DNA of 64,000 bases from Sphyrna mokarran. Its lineage: Eukaryota. The stretch spans positions 13,144,001 to 13,208,000 of the forward strand of contig JAGIQG010000020.1 of the NCBI GenBank assembly GCA_024679065.1. Direction: 5' to 3'. This document shows positions 37,001-50,563 of the stretch, piece after piece. The notes under the pieces were generated by a model that had not been told where the DNA came from, did not search any database, and saw only the letters and a list, made by a program, of their open reading frames with translations. The first letter of the stretch is position 1. Each line of letters begins with the position of its first letter. Position numbers and translations under genes: made by a program.

Positions 37001-39040
37001 CTCTCTGAGCACTTTGTTCAAATACAGGGTAATACTATCATTGAGTATTGGTTCTGTATTATGAATTTGATCAGTCAATCCAGTCCCTTTGTTTTTTTTT
37101 GGAGGTTATAGCGCTCATTTTTTACCTTCTGAAGATGATGTAAACATCGCTTAACTGTTCATTGCACACCAGAACTAGTGTACCTTTGGGACGGGGTGCA
37201 GATGGAGGACAGCTTGAGGGACTGAAAGGCCTATTTCAGTTCCTATTTTCTATGTTTCTAATCCGCTACTTCGGCATTCCCTTTGAAAGTTATGCCCGTT
37301 ATGCATCAAGTGGGAATGTAGGGAACTGTCAGCTTGAAGTCTTTCTGAAGGCCATATCTGAATTATATGGAATCAGAAAGTTCACATAACCCACTGGGTT
37401 GGAGCAGTGTTAGGCTGCAATTTTGTAGGAGGGTGGGGGGAGTTGTGATTGAATAAAAGTGGGGAGTGGCAGGGGGAACAGCATCTTAATTTGATTTAAT
37501 GGAGTCACAAGGAAAACTCCAGCTCATCCCGTGAACCTTACAGCAACCAATGGGGTACTAACTCTACCACCATCAACACCAATTCTGACAAGTTATAATC
37601 AGCCCCTTGAAGTTTACATTAACATCTTAATTATTAATAAATAGGGATGAAAATCAAACTAGATTAAATAATCCATATAACAAAAAATCTTTCATGGATT
37701 GGTAAAGGCTGGTAATTTCCAGCCTTTTAGGCTCCGCCCCTTCTGCAACTGAGGGCAGAGCATTTGGCACTCAGCCAAGCCTTCGTTCACTGTAGTGGGA
37801 CCAGGGGATCTGGCCGGCAGTGACCAACCAGAGAATCCCGCCCAAAGTGTTTCTTCACTTACAAGGGATGAGCCAATGAAATATTTACGGCATGTAATCA
37901 CTGTATTAATGTGGAAAACATAGCAAATAAATTGTGCACAACATGATCCCATAATCTGTAATCTGACACTGACCAGATAATCTGCTTTAATCCATGGAAC
38001 AGGCTCGTTGGACTTCTCCTGCTTCAGTTTCTTATGTGATCAAGGAAGGCATGTTCATAATGTGGTCAGACAGATTGAGAGTCAGCCAATAAATCCTTTC
38101 AAACAGCCGATGACTGGTCATAAGAGCAGAAGAGACTCCTGATCAGTCATGCTTGATGTGGAGTCAAACCTTATAAACTATAAACTCCAGGCAACAGATT
38201 AGTAACCTGTCCCAGAAATAACAAACTTTAGAAAAAGATAAAAGTCTGACTTAGTGCATCACTAAGACAAGAGAACTGGCATTCAATCAATTAGAAATTC
38301 AAAAGAAAATATTTTTACCAAAGACTGGTGAGAACCATAGCATCTCTACAATGCTGAAAGAGGCCCTTCAGCCCATTGAGTCTGCACCAACCACAATCCC
38401 ACTTAGGCCCTATTCCCGCAACCCCACACAGTTACCCTGTTAATCCTCCTGACACTAGGGACAATTTAGCATGGCCAATCAATCTAACCTGCACATTTTT
38501 GGACAGTGAGAGAAAATTCTCGCAGGCACGGGGAAAATGCACAAACTCCACACAGACAGTGACCTGAGGCTGGGATTGAACCTGGGTCCCTGGTGCTGTG
38601 AGGCAGCAGTGCTAACCACTATGCCACCTGAATACAGCACTCACAAGAATAGTCCAGGTGAATAACGTTTAAGGGGAATCTTGATAAACACATTGGGGGG
38701 GGGGGAGGGAAAGGAATAGAAGATTATGTTGATAGAGATAAACATGGGAGATGGGTGGGGGGGGGGTGTGGGGGATGGAAGGAGGTGACAACATCAGGCA
38801 GGATTATCCTGATCCGAATGCATTTGTAAAAAACAAGACAAAAATATTCGATATTATGGAGTGCATATTACATTACAGCTTAGGACAAAGTTTTACAGAG
38901 GCCAAACTACATGCTCAGACAGGTTTGCATATCCATGTGGTTGCTGGTTGAAGTTCACAGAGTTGTTGCTTGTCGAAAAGGCATTGCTAAGTTATTTTAC
39001 TACAATGTGGAGATGCTGGCATTGGACTAAGGTGGGGCAC

Positions 39041-39170
39041 AGTAAGAAGTCTCACAACACTAGGTTTAGAGTCCATCAGGAATCACAAGGTTTCAGAGCG
39101 CTGTTTCTGCATCAGGTGAGTGATGAAGGAGCAGGGCTCTGAAAGCTCGTGATTCTAAATAAACCTGTTG
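39041..39170. mobile_element. Palindromic Penelope-like element, same family
   Basis: agtaagaagtctcacaacac...catcaggtgag followed by tgatgaaggagcagggctctgaaagctcgtga...aataaacctgttg. Confidence 0.65.
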
Positions 39171-39844
39171 AAGTTATTTTACAGCACACAGAGAGCGGGG
39201 GGATTCTCCAGCTCCACCCGTTGGTGGGATCTTCTGGCCTGGCTGATGGTGACCCCCCCCCACCTGCCACATCCCCCTTGGCAGGTTTCCTGGTGGCAGG
39301 ATGAGTGAACCACACAACATACCATAAAATTTGGTGGCACCAGGAGATCCCATCACCGGCGGCCAATTGAAAGCTGTTTCCCGAACTGAAAAACACGCCA
39401 CGAAGTGGAAAATCACACCCAAAGTTAGCCAAATTAGTTTGCAAAGACACCAAACCATGTGGAAGCATTGTTTTCCCCCAAATATTGCAGCAAATCTCAA
39501 AATATCCCAACTATTTTTGATAAAAGAGGGGCTGTATTTGAGGTCTTTTTTTTCCTGCAATGTGGAGCTGAAACATTTGCAATGCTTTTTGGACTTAATT
39601 TTAACACTGTGCAAGTGGCTGGAGTTTTGAATGAATTAAAATGGGCCCCTAGAGATTTAATTCTGCTACTGGCACGAGGCAAAAAAGCACTTGCCAAGAA
39701 AGTTGACATTAATGAAGAAGAAACTTAATTAACTTTAATTAAGTTAAATTAATGACAGGTGTCCAAGATCTTCTGGTCTTAAAACGCCAGGCTTCAATAA
39801 ACACAAAACAGCAGAATAATAAATTTGGCTCTGACAGCTGAAAC

Positions 39845-40372
39845 TAAGAAAATTTGGCATGTTGGCTACGGTTCTCACCAACTTCTACAGATGCACCATA
39901 GAAAGCATTCTTTCTGGTCACATCACAGCTTGGTATGGGCTCCCGCTCTATCCAAGACCACAAGAAACTACAAAGTATCGTGAAAGTAGCCCAATCCATC
40001 ACACAAACCATCCTCCTATCCAATGACTCTGCCTACACTTCTTGCTGCCTCAGAAAAACAGCCAGCATAGTCAAGGTCCCCACACACCCCGGACATTCTC
40101 TCTTCCACTCTCTTCAATCTGAAAAAGGATACAAAAAGCTGAGGTCATGTACCAACCGACTCAAGAACAGCTTCTTCCTTGCTGCCATCAGACCTTCGAA
40201 TGGACCTTCCTCGCATTAAGTTGATATTTTTCTACACCTTAGCTTTAACATTACATTCTGCATTCTCTCCTTTCCTCTCTATGTGTGGTATGCTTTGTCT
40301 GTATAGCATGCAAAAAACAATATTTTTCACTGTACACTAATACATGTGATAACAATAAATCAATCAAATTGA
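39845..40372 (+). mobile_element. Rex1/Babar-type LINE 3' fragment
   Basis: Encodes LRKFGM...TNFYRCTIESILSGHITAWYGS...KKLQSIVKVAQSIT...HPGHSLFH.L.S...TNRLKNSFF..AIR. Tail acatgtgataacaataaatcaatcaaa. Confidence 0.85.
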
Positions 40373-40812
40373 ATCAGCAGACTCCAGTTATGTATGAACC
40401 GAGCAGCAAGAGGTGTAAATATGTGATAGTGGCTTGGCCACTTGCTTTATAGCCGGCTCAAATTTCCTTCCCATTCACTTCAATGGAAAAGAAAATGGCA
40501 GGGGGAGCAGTGAGTGTTTAACGGGCAGGCAATGCACTGGACTTCCAGCGACAAGGGAAGAGGCCAGCCCAGCATTCTATCTGACTCGACGTGAGCGATG
40601 CCACAGAAAATCTGCTGATTATGTAAGGCCTGTGCAACTGAATGAAGTAAGAGATTTAAGGTTTCAGTCTGTTCTGGGTTTCACTCTTTGGAGACTAAGA
40701 GGTCAAGGGTGAATCCTGAAGTAGGTGAGAAGACTGAACCAAGAAGAGTTACCCAGAAGCAAAGAGTAATATGGGACAGTAATTCCAGGCAGAATACTGA
40801 CTTCAGGTGGAT

Positions 40813-41790
40813 GCTCCTCAACGTTTTGGCTAAGATCAAGCGTAGGATCAAGCCCGAGGTCAGATGTAATGTCTTGTTAGCTTGGATCTTATATGTCTCT
40901 CCTAATGGGATTGTGAATTTGTTGCCTGTGAAATATTATGTACAGACACTTTGACCAGCTTATTACGGAGAACACATTTACTCAGGTACTCTTACTTTAT
41001 GAGACAAAGAATTGTGGTTTGAACTTAGCTTCATTGAAACAATTGCGAGTTAAAGAAACAACTCTTAATGAAATTAAGTTAACTTTTTCTCAAACTAGAC
41101 GGACTGCCTGAAAACACAAGCTAACCGTTCTGCTGAAGATGACAAGGCTGTTAGGGTGAATTCACTGAGTTTGTGTTGACAGATGAATTCAGGGATTTTC
41201 TTAGTATGAATGTAGACCTCGCACGTGCTCTTCCGTCGATTTGGATTGCAGTACGCTGGTCGAGAGCTCACTGCGGTTTTTCTTAAGATGTCTGTTTTCA
41301 TTCTCCTCTTTGAGCTCTTCTGGAAAGCTCTCTGGGTTGCAGCCAATGGGGATGACAGGGCAAGGGGTCTGTCATCCCCTGCCTTGTCATCCCTGTCTTT
41401 GGTGCAACCCAATGAGGTTAGGCCAGGTCATCTTAGGATACAAATCCCCTTCCAAGATATGGTTAATAGCAGGGAGTCTGACGGAACCTAGGGAATATAC
41501 AATCATAATGTCCTCTGACTGAGAACCTCCTGTTGGATTCTAGATCATACAGTTCCCCCATTGTTCAGGCCAAGCACCCCTCTTCAACATGCAAGACCTG
41601 GGCTGGTCCCTGTTGGGTTTTGACCTGCAGTAACCATGTCTGCATTTCATCAAGCTTTGTTTCTAGAAGCAGTTTAGCTGTATATTAAAGTATCCAATTT
41701 TATGTTGGTCCTCGTTACCCCGGCCATACATTGGATTCAATCTGAAGTTGTATTTTTTTTTGAGCAAGCGAGGAGATGGATTAAGGGCTG
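40813..41790 (+). mobile_element. Second U2-headed element, interrupted by an insertion of about 810 bp
   Basis: 40813-40849 matches U2 nt 4-40 at 31/37. Body is homologous to the 44512 copy up to about 40919 and resumes at about 41731 (ttggattcaat...gagcaagcgaggagatggattaagggc). Confidence 0.7.
40920..41730. mobile_element. Possible solo LTR inserted in the U2-headed element
   Basis: TG...CA-bounded 811-bp block, defined by its absence from the homologous copy at 44512-44670. No clean target-site duplication seen. Confidence 0.4.
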
Positions 41791-43344
41791 ATCCACTCTA
41801 CACCTTGGCTTTGTAACTCTGAGAAAGGAATAACATTTAAAAAGTAGAAATCATAGAATCCCTACAGTATAGAAAGAGGCCACTCGACCCATTGAGTCTG
41901 TACCGACTACAATCTCATCCAGGCCCTACTCCCATATCTATCCACTAATCCCACTACCTACACATTCAGGACACAAATGGCAATTTTTTTTTAAGCATGG
42001 CCATCTAACCTTATCTGCACATCTTTGGACTGTGGGAGGAAACCAGAACACTTGGAGAAAACCCAGCCAGACATAATGAGAAAATGCAAACTCCGCATAG
42101 ACAGTGACCCAAACCAGGAATCGAACCCAGGTCCCTGGAGCTATGAAACAGCAGTGCTAACCACTGTGCTACGCACTTCAGGGAGACGTGAGCACTGGCT
42201 GGCCCAGTGTACGGATACAGTGCACAAGATGAATTCATGGAAACAAAGCCAGTTACTGCTTGAGAGACTGTGGAGACTAAAGCTGAATTGTACAGTTAAT
42301 GCATTAATATTTAATAGACATTGAGCAACAAAAACATAACTTGCAGTTTGAAGTAACTAATTAGATGCAATTCCCAGTATGCACTGTAGTAATGTGTAGT
42401 TCACAGCAAATATTTCGATGTTTAACTTGTCCAGTACAACTTGTAACAACTTTCATGTTTGCTGTATTGTCTGCTCTGCGTATATAATCACTGATAGGTC
42501 AGGTACTTCCCATAAATAACAGTAAAACATGCTGGAAATATGTGGTAGGACTGGCAGCAATTGTAGACAGAAACAGAGTTGACATTTCAGGTCTCTTTCA
42601 CCAGAACTGGGACAAGTCTGAATGTAATGAAAAAGAAGAAATGTGGGCTCATGTAATAATAACCAGACAATTTATTTTAGTGACATTAGTTAAGAAGTAA
42701 ATGTTCCTCATGTAGCCTGGTTTTATTGTCAATGAACTGGCAATCCATAAAGCTAGGGCAATGATCTGGGGTCCTGGGCTTGAATCCCACCATGGTAGAT
42801 GGTCGAATTTGAACCTAAGGTCCTGAGGAGAACTTTTCTTTGATCAATGCTGTGGAATTTTTTAGATTTACCTGAGCAGCAGGCAAATTTCAATTTAATC
42901 TTTTGTCCAAAGGAAAGAAAGTGGGGTCATTTTTAACATTGTCACTAAGACAGTAAACAGGCAGTGCTGATTTCCCATTCAATTCCCAATCCGGGGGATT
43001 TGTTGTCTTTTTGGTCTTCCATAGATAACCAGATTCCTAATGGAACAAAACTTCAGGGCACTAATTCTCAGCAAGTCATTCAGCAGCATCCGTGGAGACA
43101 GAAACAGATACTTAGGCCTGTTAGCTTCCATCAGAACTGGGAAAAACACAAGTGATTTTGGGCTGGTGAAATGGGATGGGAGGGGTGAGGAATAGTGGGG
43201 CGGGGGGGTGGGGAGAGGGGGTGAGATTGGGAAAAAGATCAAAAGGGAAAATCTGAGATAGGGTGGCAGGCAGGAAAAGTTCAGTTTCAAGACATTTCAT
43301 TGTATCTCCAATTGCTTGAATGATCCATCCACCCACGATAATAT

Positions 43345-43870
43345 GTTCATTAGATATAAGAGCAGAATTAGGCCATTCGCTCCACTGAGTGCCCTGTGCC
43401 ATTCAATCATGGTTGATATGTCCCTCAACCCCATTTTCCTGCCTTCTCCCCATAAACCTTCAACACATCACCAATTAAAAATCTCTTCCTTAAATTTGCC
43501 CACTGTTCCAGCATCCGCCACACTTAGCAAATTCCACAGATTCACAACCCTTTGGGAGAAATAGTTTCTCAACTCTGTTTGAAGTTCCCCTTATCCTAAG
43601 ACTACAACCTCTCATTCTAGAATACCCCACAAGAGGAAGCATCCGTTCCACGTCTACTTTATCCAGACCTTTTATCTTGTGCACTTCAATTTGATCTCTC
43701 CTCATTCTTCTAAATTCCGGATAGTATAGACCTAAACTGTTCAATCTTTCTTCACATGACAAACCCCTCACCTCTGGAATCAATCTAGTGAGCCTCCTCT
43801 GAACTGCCTTCAGTGTCACGATGTCTTTCCATAGATAAGGGGACTAAAACTGTGCGCAATACTCCAGATG
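43345..43870 (-). mobile_element. CR1 LINE 3' fragment
   Basis: ORF 43490..43819 contains LKAVQRRLTRLIPEVRGLSCEERLNSLGLY...RRMRRD. Confidence 0.85.
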
Positions 43871-44511
43871 ATAATTTATCCACTTATTCTGCAGAGAAGG
43901 ACACACCTTTGTAGAAAGGCCTTCTTTAAGGGGATAATTTTTTTTGCCAAAAAGGTTCATTAAATCAATGGCTGTCGGTTACATTAGATTACCAGGCTCA
44001 CTGTTGGTAATGCTTTATTTAATCTGTCTTTGCTGGATTTGTTTCTTACAAGTGCTGAGCTCTGCTTATTGCCTTTGTTTTTAAATGGAAAATATCACCA
44101 CTAACAATATTCTGCTTCAACTTGTAAAGGATGAAGAAGGCCCAATGATCTTGAAGCTTGAAAGGATTGATGCTGCGTGCGATGTCAGGCCTATTGCTAA
44201 TTATTGAGTTCTGGATTAATACGAGGTGTAGCAGTTGCAACTTTACTGCCTAGCATAAAGTACTCAACTGGGGCACAGATGTGGCAGCGTGACTGTATGG
44301 TAATCCATAAACCTGGGGCAATGCTCTGGAGTTCTGGGCTCGAATCCCACCCACGGTAGATGGTTGTAGTGTGTAGTAGCTGTGTAGTAAGCAGTGTAGA
44401 ATGATGCTAGGCAGCAATGGGATCTTTCCAGTACCCTGCCTACCTCAGCATCGCTCAGTCCTCTGCCACACAATAGATTTCAGTAAGAAGCTTCTACCAG
44501 CAGTGCTTACA

Positions 44512-44670
44512 GGCTAAGATCAAGCATAGGATCAAGCCCGTGAGCATGTGTGATGCCTGCTCTTGTCATCTTGGATCTTGTGTGTTTCTCTTTTGGGGAC
44601 CATGAATTGGATTCAATTTGAATTTGAGTTGGTTTTTGGAGCAAGCAAGGAGGTGGATTAAGGGCATTGG
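44512..44670 (+). mobile_element. Third, 5'-truncated U2-headed element
   Basis: ggctaagatcaagcataggatcaagccc...cttggatctt...gaattggattcaattt...gagcaagcaaggaggtggattaagggc, colinear with the 40813 copy. Confidence 0.7.
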
Positions 44671-44679
44671 TGAAGCCAC

Positions 44680-45220
44680 ACCTAGAGCACTGTGTGCAGT
44701 TTTGGTGTCCTTATCTGAGGAAGGATGTTCTTGCTGTAAATGGAAGACAACGAGTATTTCCCAGGCTGATTCCTGGGATGGCAGATCTGTCATATGAGGA
44801 GTGACTGAGTCAGTTAGGATTATATTCACAGGAGCTTAGAATGGTGAGAAGGGATCTCTTAGAAACATAAAATTCTGACAGGACTAAAGAGGGTAGAATC
44901 AGAAAGAATGTTCCCAATGGTGGGGAAGTCCAGAACTAGGGGTCATAATCTGAGGATAAAGGGTAAATCTTTTAGAACTGAGGTAAGGAGAAATTTCTTC
45001 ACCCAGAGGGTGACGAATGTGTGGAATTCACCACCATAGAAATTTGAGACCAAAACATTGTCTGATTTCAGGAAGAAATTAGATGTAGCTCTTGGGGCTA
45101 AAGAGATCAAGGGATGTGGGAGAAATTGGGGATCATGATCAAACTGAATGTCAATTTAAGCTCGAAGGGCTGAATAGCCTACTCCTGCCTTTAGTTTCTA
45201 TGTTTCTATGTTCCTATGAC
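44680..45220 (+). mobile_element. CR1 LINE 3' fragment
   Basis: Degenerate CVQFW.P.LRKD...FFTQRV..VWNS coding trace and a ttctatgt repeat tail. Confidence 0.85.
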
Positions 45221-47217
45221 TTATACTTTCCATTGTGTGCATTGGCTATGAGGAAAGAATAAAATTAAAAGAAAAAGCTTCTGTCACCAGTAATGACTTC
45301 AAAGAAAATTTCCTACTGTTGTCAATATTGAGCTGTTTGGGCTGAGAGTGACTCTCATTACAGGTGTGCGGTAAAGCAACCGTTATCCCTCACAATCGCT
45401 GACGAACCAGAGGTGTGTGGCCTCATACCTGGCTTTGGCCACATGCTCTAATTTGAGTAGAAAATGTCTCTCACATAGGAGCAGATGTACCCCATACTTA
45501 ACATTTGCTTTACAAACATGGATCCCCATTCAGGTCCAAGACTGAACCTGAGGGAATATCATTAAAAATAGTGCTCAAGCCAGGAATGACTGTGAATATG
45601 ATACGGTGATTGATGTGTGGCACGAGCTGTCTGTGGTTAGAGGATTGCTGGAATAGGGCATTTATTTGAATGGGTTAATGTTAGTGGTTGATGGACATGA
45701 GGAGTTCAGATTCCCACTGACCATTAACCAACTCTCCTTTTATCTACACTTCTCATTTGGCTCTTATTCCAAAATCCCAAGCAGTACGGGACTGCAAAAT
45801 GAGGGAGGTGATGGTTTAGTGGTATAACCGCTAGATTATTGAACCAGAAACTTATCTAATGTTCTGGACACCCGGCTTTGAATCCCGCCACTAGGTGATA
45901 GAATTTGAATTCAATAAAAAATAATCTGGAATTGAAAATCAACTGATGACCATGAAATCATTTTTGGAAAAAAACCCATTTGGTTCAGATGGCATAGTGA
46001 TTAGCACTGCTGCCTCACTATACCATAGATTCATTTTCTGGTTTGGATTACTGTCTATGTGAAGTTGCACATTCTTCCCGTGTCTGTGTGGGTTTCCTCC
46101 GGGTGCTCTGGTTTCCTTCCACAGCCCAAAAGATATGCTGGTTAGATGCATTGTCCATGGTAAATTCTCCCTCAGTGTACCCGAATGAACGAAGAAGTGC
46201 GGGAGTAAGGGGATTTTCACAGTAACTTCTTTGCAGTGTTAATGTAAGCCTACCTGTGACACTAAGTAAAAAAATTAATATCCTTTAGGGTAGAAAACCT
46301 GCTGTCCTTACCCGGTCTGGCCCACATGCGATTCCTGAGCCATTGCAATCTGGTTGATTCTCAACTGCCCTCTGAGCAATGGCAACCAGAGGTGGCTAAT
46401 AAATGCTGGCCAGCCAGTGATGCCCATGCCCCATGAATGAATAAAAAAAATGCAATCCACCGTCCATGGGCAAAGATTCCTGACAGCAATGCCATTTCAA
46501 AAACCATTTCCTTTATCCGTTAAGGTATGCAATTAACTCAAATTCTTCAAGATGGAGGTAAAATCCATGGATGAAGGTATTTGGTCAAATTCTGATGATT
46601 TGCATGCGATATAACTTGTTTTATTGTCCTGACCCCCCTCTCCTTGTCCTCCTGTTAGACTTCCTTTTCATTATTCTAAACCTAAATTGGCATTTCATAG
46701 AGAGCAATCCTTGGCCACTTAATTATTAACATTGCCCTCTCCTTTACTTGACTCTTTTAGAATGAACTTTTAAAAAATGCCCCTCCTTGCTTGAAATCAA
46801 TAAATACTTTATCAAGTTTTCCTCGTGGGCTGGCATGAGGCTACTAAATTATGAACCATTTCTTTTCCATTCACATTTCTGCTTTAAGTAGATAAATTAT
46901 TAACTGAAGTGTTTACTTCATATGTCAGTAAAAAGACAATTAATTATAAAATGATTAGGCTTGGTCACACTTTGACTGCAAATCAATAACTAATTAATCA
47001 ACTAAATAGGTCATTTCAATCACTTCAAGTTTGTGTCAATCAAAGATAAATATTTTCTCACACACCCCGATAGGAAACCAACTTTTGCCTCACCCACTGG
47101 CCTTTATATCTATAATGATTTGCGAACCACATTTTTCTCAGAATGATGTGAGGAAACAAGTAGCAGCAGACAGCAATGGACTTTCTTTCATTTTTAACCC
47201 AAATTGTTGCTTCGATC

Positions 47218-47551
47218 GTAGAATCATAGAATCCTATAGTGCAGAAACAGGCTCTTCGGCCCATTGAGTCCGTACAATCCCAGCCAGGCCCTATCCCCAT
47301 ATCCCGACACATTTACCGTCTAACCCCTCTAACCTACACATCCCAGGACACTGAGGAGCAATTTTAGCTTGGTCAATCAACCTAACCTGTATATCTTTGG
47401 ACTGTGGGAGGAAACCTGAGCACCCAGAGGAAACCCACGCAGACATGAGGAGAATGTGCAAACTCCACACAAAAGTGACCTGAGCCCGGAATTGAACCCA
47501 GGTCCCCGGAGTTGTGAAGCAGCTGTGCTAACCACTGTGCTACCGTGCCGC
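47218..47551 (-). mobile_element. HE1-like SINE with CR1/HER1-type tail
   Basis: Same head as above, with a tail ending gattctatgattcta. Related copies near 16145-16460(-), 23380-23690(-), 25295-25585(-), 28155-28465(-), 38335-38630(-), 41845-42175(-), 47600-48070, 53017-53322, 53515-53772 and 59978-60290(-). Confidence 0.9.
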
Positions 47552-49177
47552 ATAAAATGGATTTTTAACTGAACCTTAAAAATTATTGCTTGCCAAAGTC
47601 ACAGTGGCACCGTGGTCAGCACTGCAGCCTCACAACGTCAGGGACCCAGATTCGAATCCTGGCCTGGGTCACTGTGTGGAGTCTGCCAATTCTCCCCATG
47701 TCTGCATGGCTTTCTTCCAGATGCTCCAGCTTCCTTCCACACTCCAAAGATGTGCGGGTTAAGTTGATTGGACATGCTACATTGCCACTTAGTGTCAGGG
47801 AGACTAGCAGGATAAATATGTGGGGCTAAGGGGTTAGGGGTGGGATTGTGGGCAGTGCAGACTCAATGGTCTGAATGGCCTCCTTCTACACTGTAGGGAT
47901 TCTGTCATTTTATGACCATCTGTGTCATTGTTAGGTTGATTAGTCATGTTAAATTGCCCTTTAGTATCAGGGGGACTAGCAGGGTAAAGGCACGAATTCT
48001 TGGTACAGGCTTGATGGGCCAAATGGCCTCCTTCTGCACTGCAGGGATTCTATGATTTTTTTATGATTCTAAGACTGCTCAAACCTGTTAGTATGTCATG
48101 GTTTTGAGAAGGGCATCTATTAAATGTTGACAAAGGATTTTCTGTGTTCCAGTTGGGCAGGTTTCCTGTCCTTCCCTGTGGCAGTTGGAATTACACATTT
48201 AATAAAAGGCACGGGGGGTGGGGGGGTGGTGTCAGGAACTGAAATTTGGGAGTATATGTCATTGAAGGTGGCAGGGCGGGAAAAGTGATTATTTTTACTT
48301 GTTGCTGGCTGGGTTAGTATTTATTGTCCATCCCTAATTGCCCGTGTGGAGGCAGTTACGAATCAATCACATTGCAGTGGATCTGGACTCTCATGTAGGC
48401 CAGATGAGGTGAGGATGGCAGATTTCCTTCAGTAAAGGACGTGAGTCCAGGTGGGTTTACATAACATCCCTTCATTGTCCAGAGGTTTACTAAATTCAAG
48501 TTACACCATCTGACAGGGTGGGATTCGAACCCCTGTCCCCAGCTTATTACTCTGGATTACTGTTTCAGTGATAATACCACTACACTACACTGCCACTTCC
48601 CTCAATGCGCAAGATCCTGGACTTGACAAATACAGGCATAGGCTGAAACGCTTGCACGATCTACTGGTCCAACCAACAGTGCTCCCCACTTTGTCATGGG
48701 TGCGGAGTGTGTAAACATTGGGAAAAATCATTGACAGTGGCAGGACTGGAATACCTGCCACCACCAATGGTGGGCTACCTCTGTGCTGGAAAACATGCTG
48801 CGGGATGAATTGGGGGGGGGGGTGGCAAATTTATCCCATAGGATACAAAAGCAATGAACTTATTGTGAACTGTGGTCAAGTGTCCTATGACACTCAGGAT
48901 TGTTACAGAAATATTAACATTTCACGGCGTGGTGGCACAGTGTTTAATATTGCTGCCTCACAGCGCCAGGGACCTGGGTTCCATTCCTGCCTTGGGTCAC
49001 TGTCTGTGTGGAGTTTGCATGTTCTCCCCATGTCTGCATGAGTTTCCGCGGATGCTCCAGTTTCCTCTCACAGTCCGAAGATATGCAGGTTATGTTGACA
49101 GGCCATGCTAAATTGCTCCTTTGTGTCCTAAAATGTGTGAGTTGGATTATCATGATATGGACTGGGGTAAAACAGAA

Positions 49178-49343
49178 CGAAATCTCACAACACCAGCTTA
49201 AAGTCCAGTAAGTTTACTTGTAGCAAACACCCTAAGCTTTCAGAACACATTGCTCCTGACGAAGGAACAACGTATTGCGAAAGCTTGGGGTGTTTGCTAC
49301 AAATAAACTTGTTGGACTCTAAGCTGGCGTTGTGAGATTTCTT
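49178..49343. mobile_element. Palindromic Penelope-like element nested in an HE1-like SINE (about 48925-49482)
   Basis: Inverted arms gaaatctcacaacaccagctta / taagctggcgttgtgagatttc. Contains ctgacga-aggaacaacgtattgc-gaaagctt. Confidence 0.65.
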
Positions 49344-49736
49344 TCTGAGTTGGATTAGCCATGGTAAATGTGTGGGGTTACGAGGATCTGGTGGGGGAGA
49401 GGACCTGGGTAAGATACACTGACAGAGAGTCAGTGCAGACTTGATGGGCCAAATGGCCTCTTCTGCACTGGAGGGATTCTATATTTTTAAAGAGAATGGA
49501 TAAAAACGCAAAATATGGAAGCCAAGTTTAATTCCATTTGGACTCTGCAATGTGCAAACTGCAGAGCTGGGACAGATAGTTTTCAGGGCAGTTTTCATAC
49601 AGCCAGGCCATGGACAGTTAACTTCTCATTGAAACAAGACAAGCCTGGAACTGTCCGGCCAGGTCTAACAGCTGCATTGCTTCAGAACGAACCTCCAGTG
49701 AACCTGCTTTGTTGGAAAAATGCTGTGCTGACCCGG

Positions 49737-50563
49737 TGTCACCCAGCTCAGTAGCAAGCCAGAGGTATCCTGTGACAAGGACGGCGCTAAACAGTTGAAG
49801 GTCCAAAACCACATTCTGCGACTTCCAAACTATGGAAAATGGCCACCTCATTGGACCTTCTTTTCCCCCGCCCAATGCTGGTATTGGACACAGGCCACAG
49901 GGTCTTTGAGAAGGGCGAGGAGAGAGGGTAAAAGAGATAACCTGGAACCTCAGCTCTCTCTGCTTTTTGCACATTCAATCTCTGGACAGCACCTTCGACT
50001 GGCAGCCGAGCAGCATCTCCAGCTCCTTGTACCTCATGGTGAGCATCATCAGAATGACCAGACCCAGAAGACCACCCCGGTGAGACAACCTGAAGACCAG
50101 AACCAGCCTGAGACAAGAGGGAAAAACCCAAATCGATGATTGCTGATCCTGAAACATCAGCCATCCCTCAGTGATGGAGGAACAGCCTGTCCCAGCCTTA
50201 TTGAACAGGTATTACCAGCCTTTACAGACAAACACTTCAAATATAGTGATAGGGAAATGTGGATCAGGTATAGAGAATCCTTGGAAGTGTGTATTAGAAA
50301 TAGATATCTGGAGTAGATTTGACTCTGTTTACTGAAGAGTCTCGTGAAGAGATTGATAGAGTTTAATTAACGTACAATAGCAGAGTCTGATAAATCTTGT
50401 TTTTCCTTGTTGAAGTGTTCAATAAAGTTGTGTTGGACTTTCAACTGACTATCTATCTATCTCATCTCGTCTATCTGATCTTATAACTTACCTGAATTAA
50501 AAAAGCTTACTATAAACTGGTCAAGGACTAGTCAGGGTACATTTATCCAACTTTCACGTGACA
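49737..50563 (+). mobile_element. Possible solo LTR
   Basis: Bounded by tgtcac...gtgaca, with AATAAA at 50421. No target-site duplication found, so the left boundary is uncertain. Confidence 0.3.

Noticed and set aside
49787-50164. Overlapping ORFs of 114-125 aa
   Set aside because: No recognisable protein motif or splice context, and they lie inside a probable LTR-like repeat.
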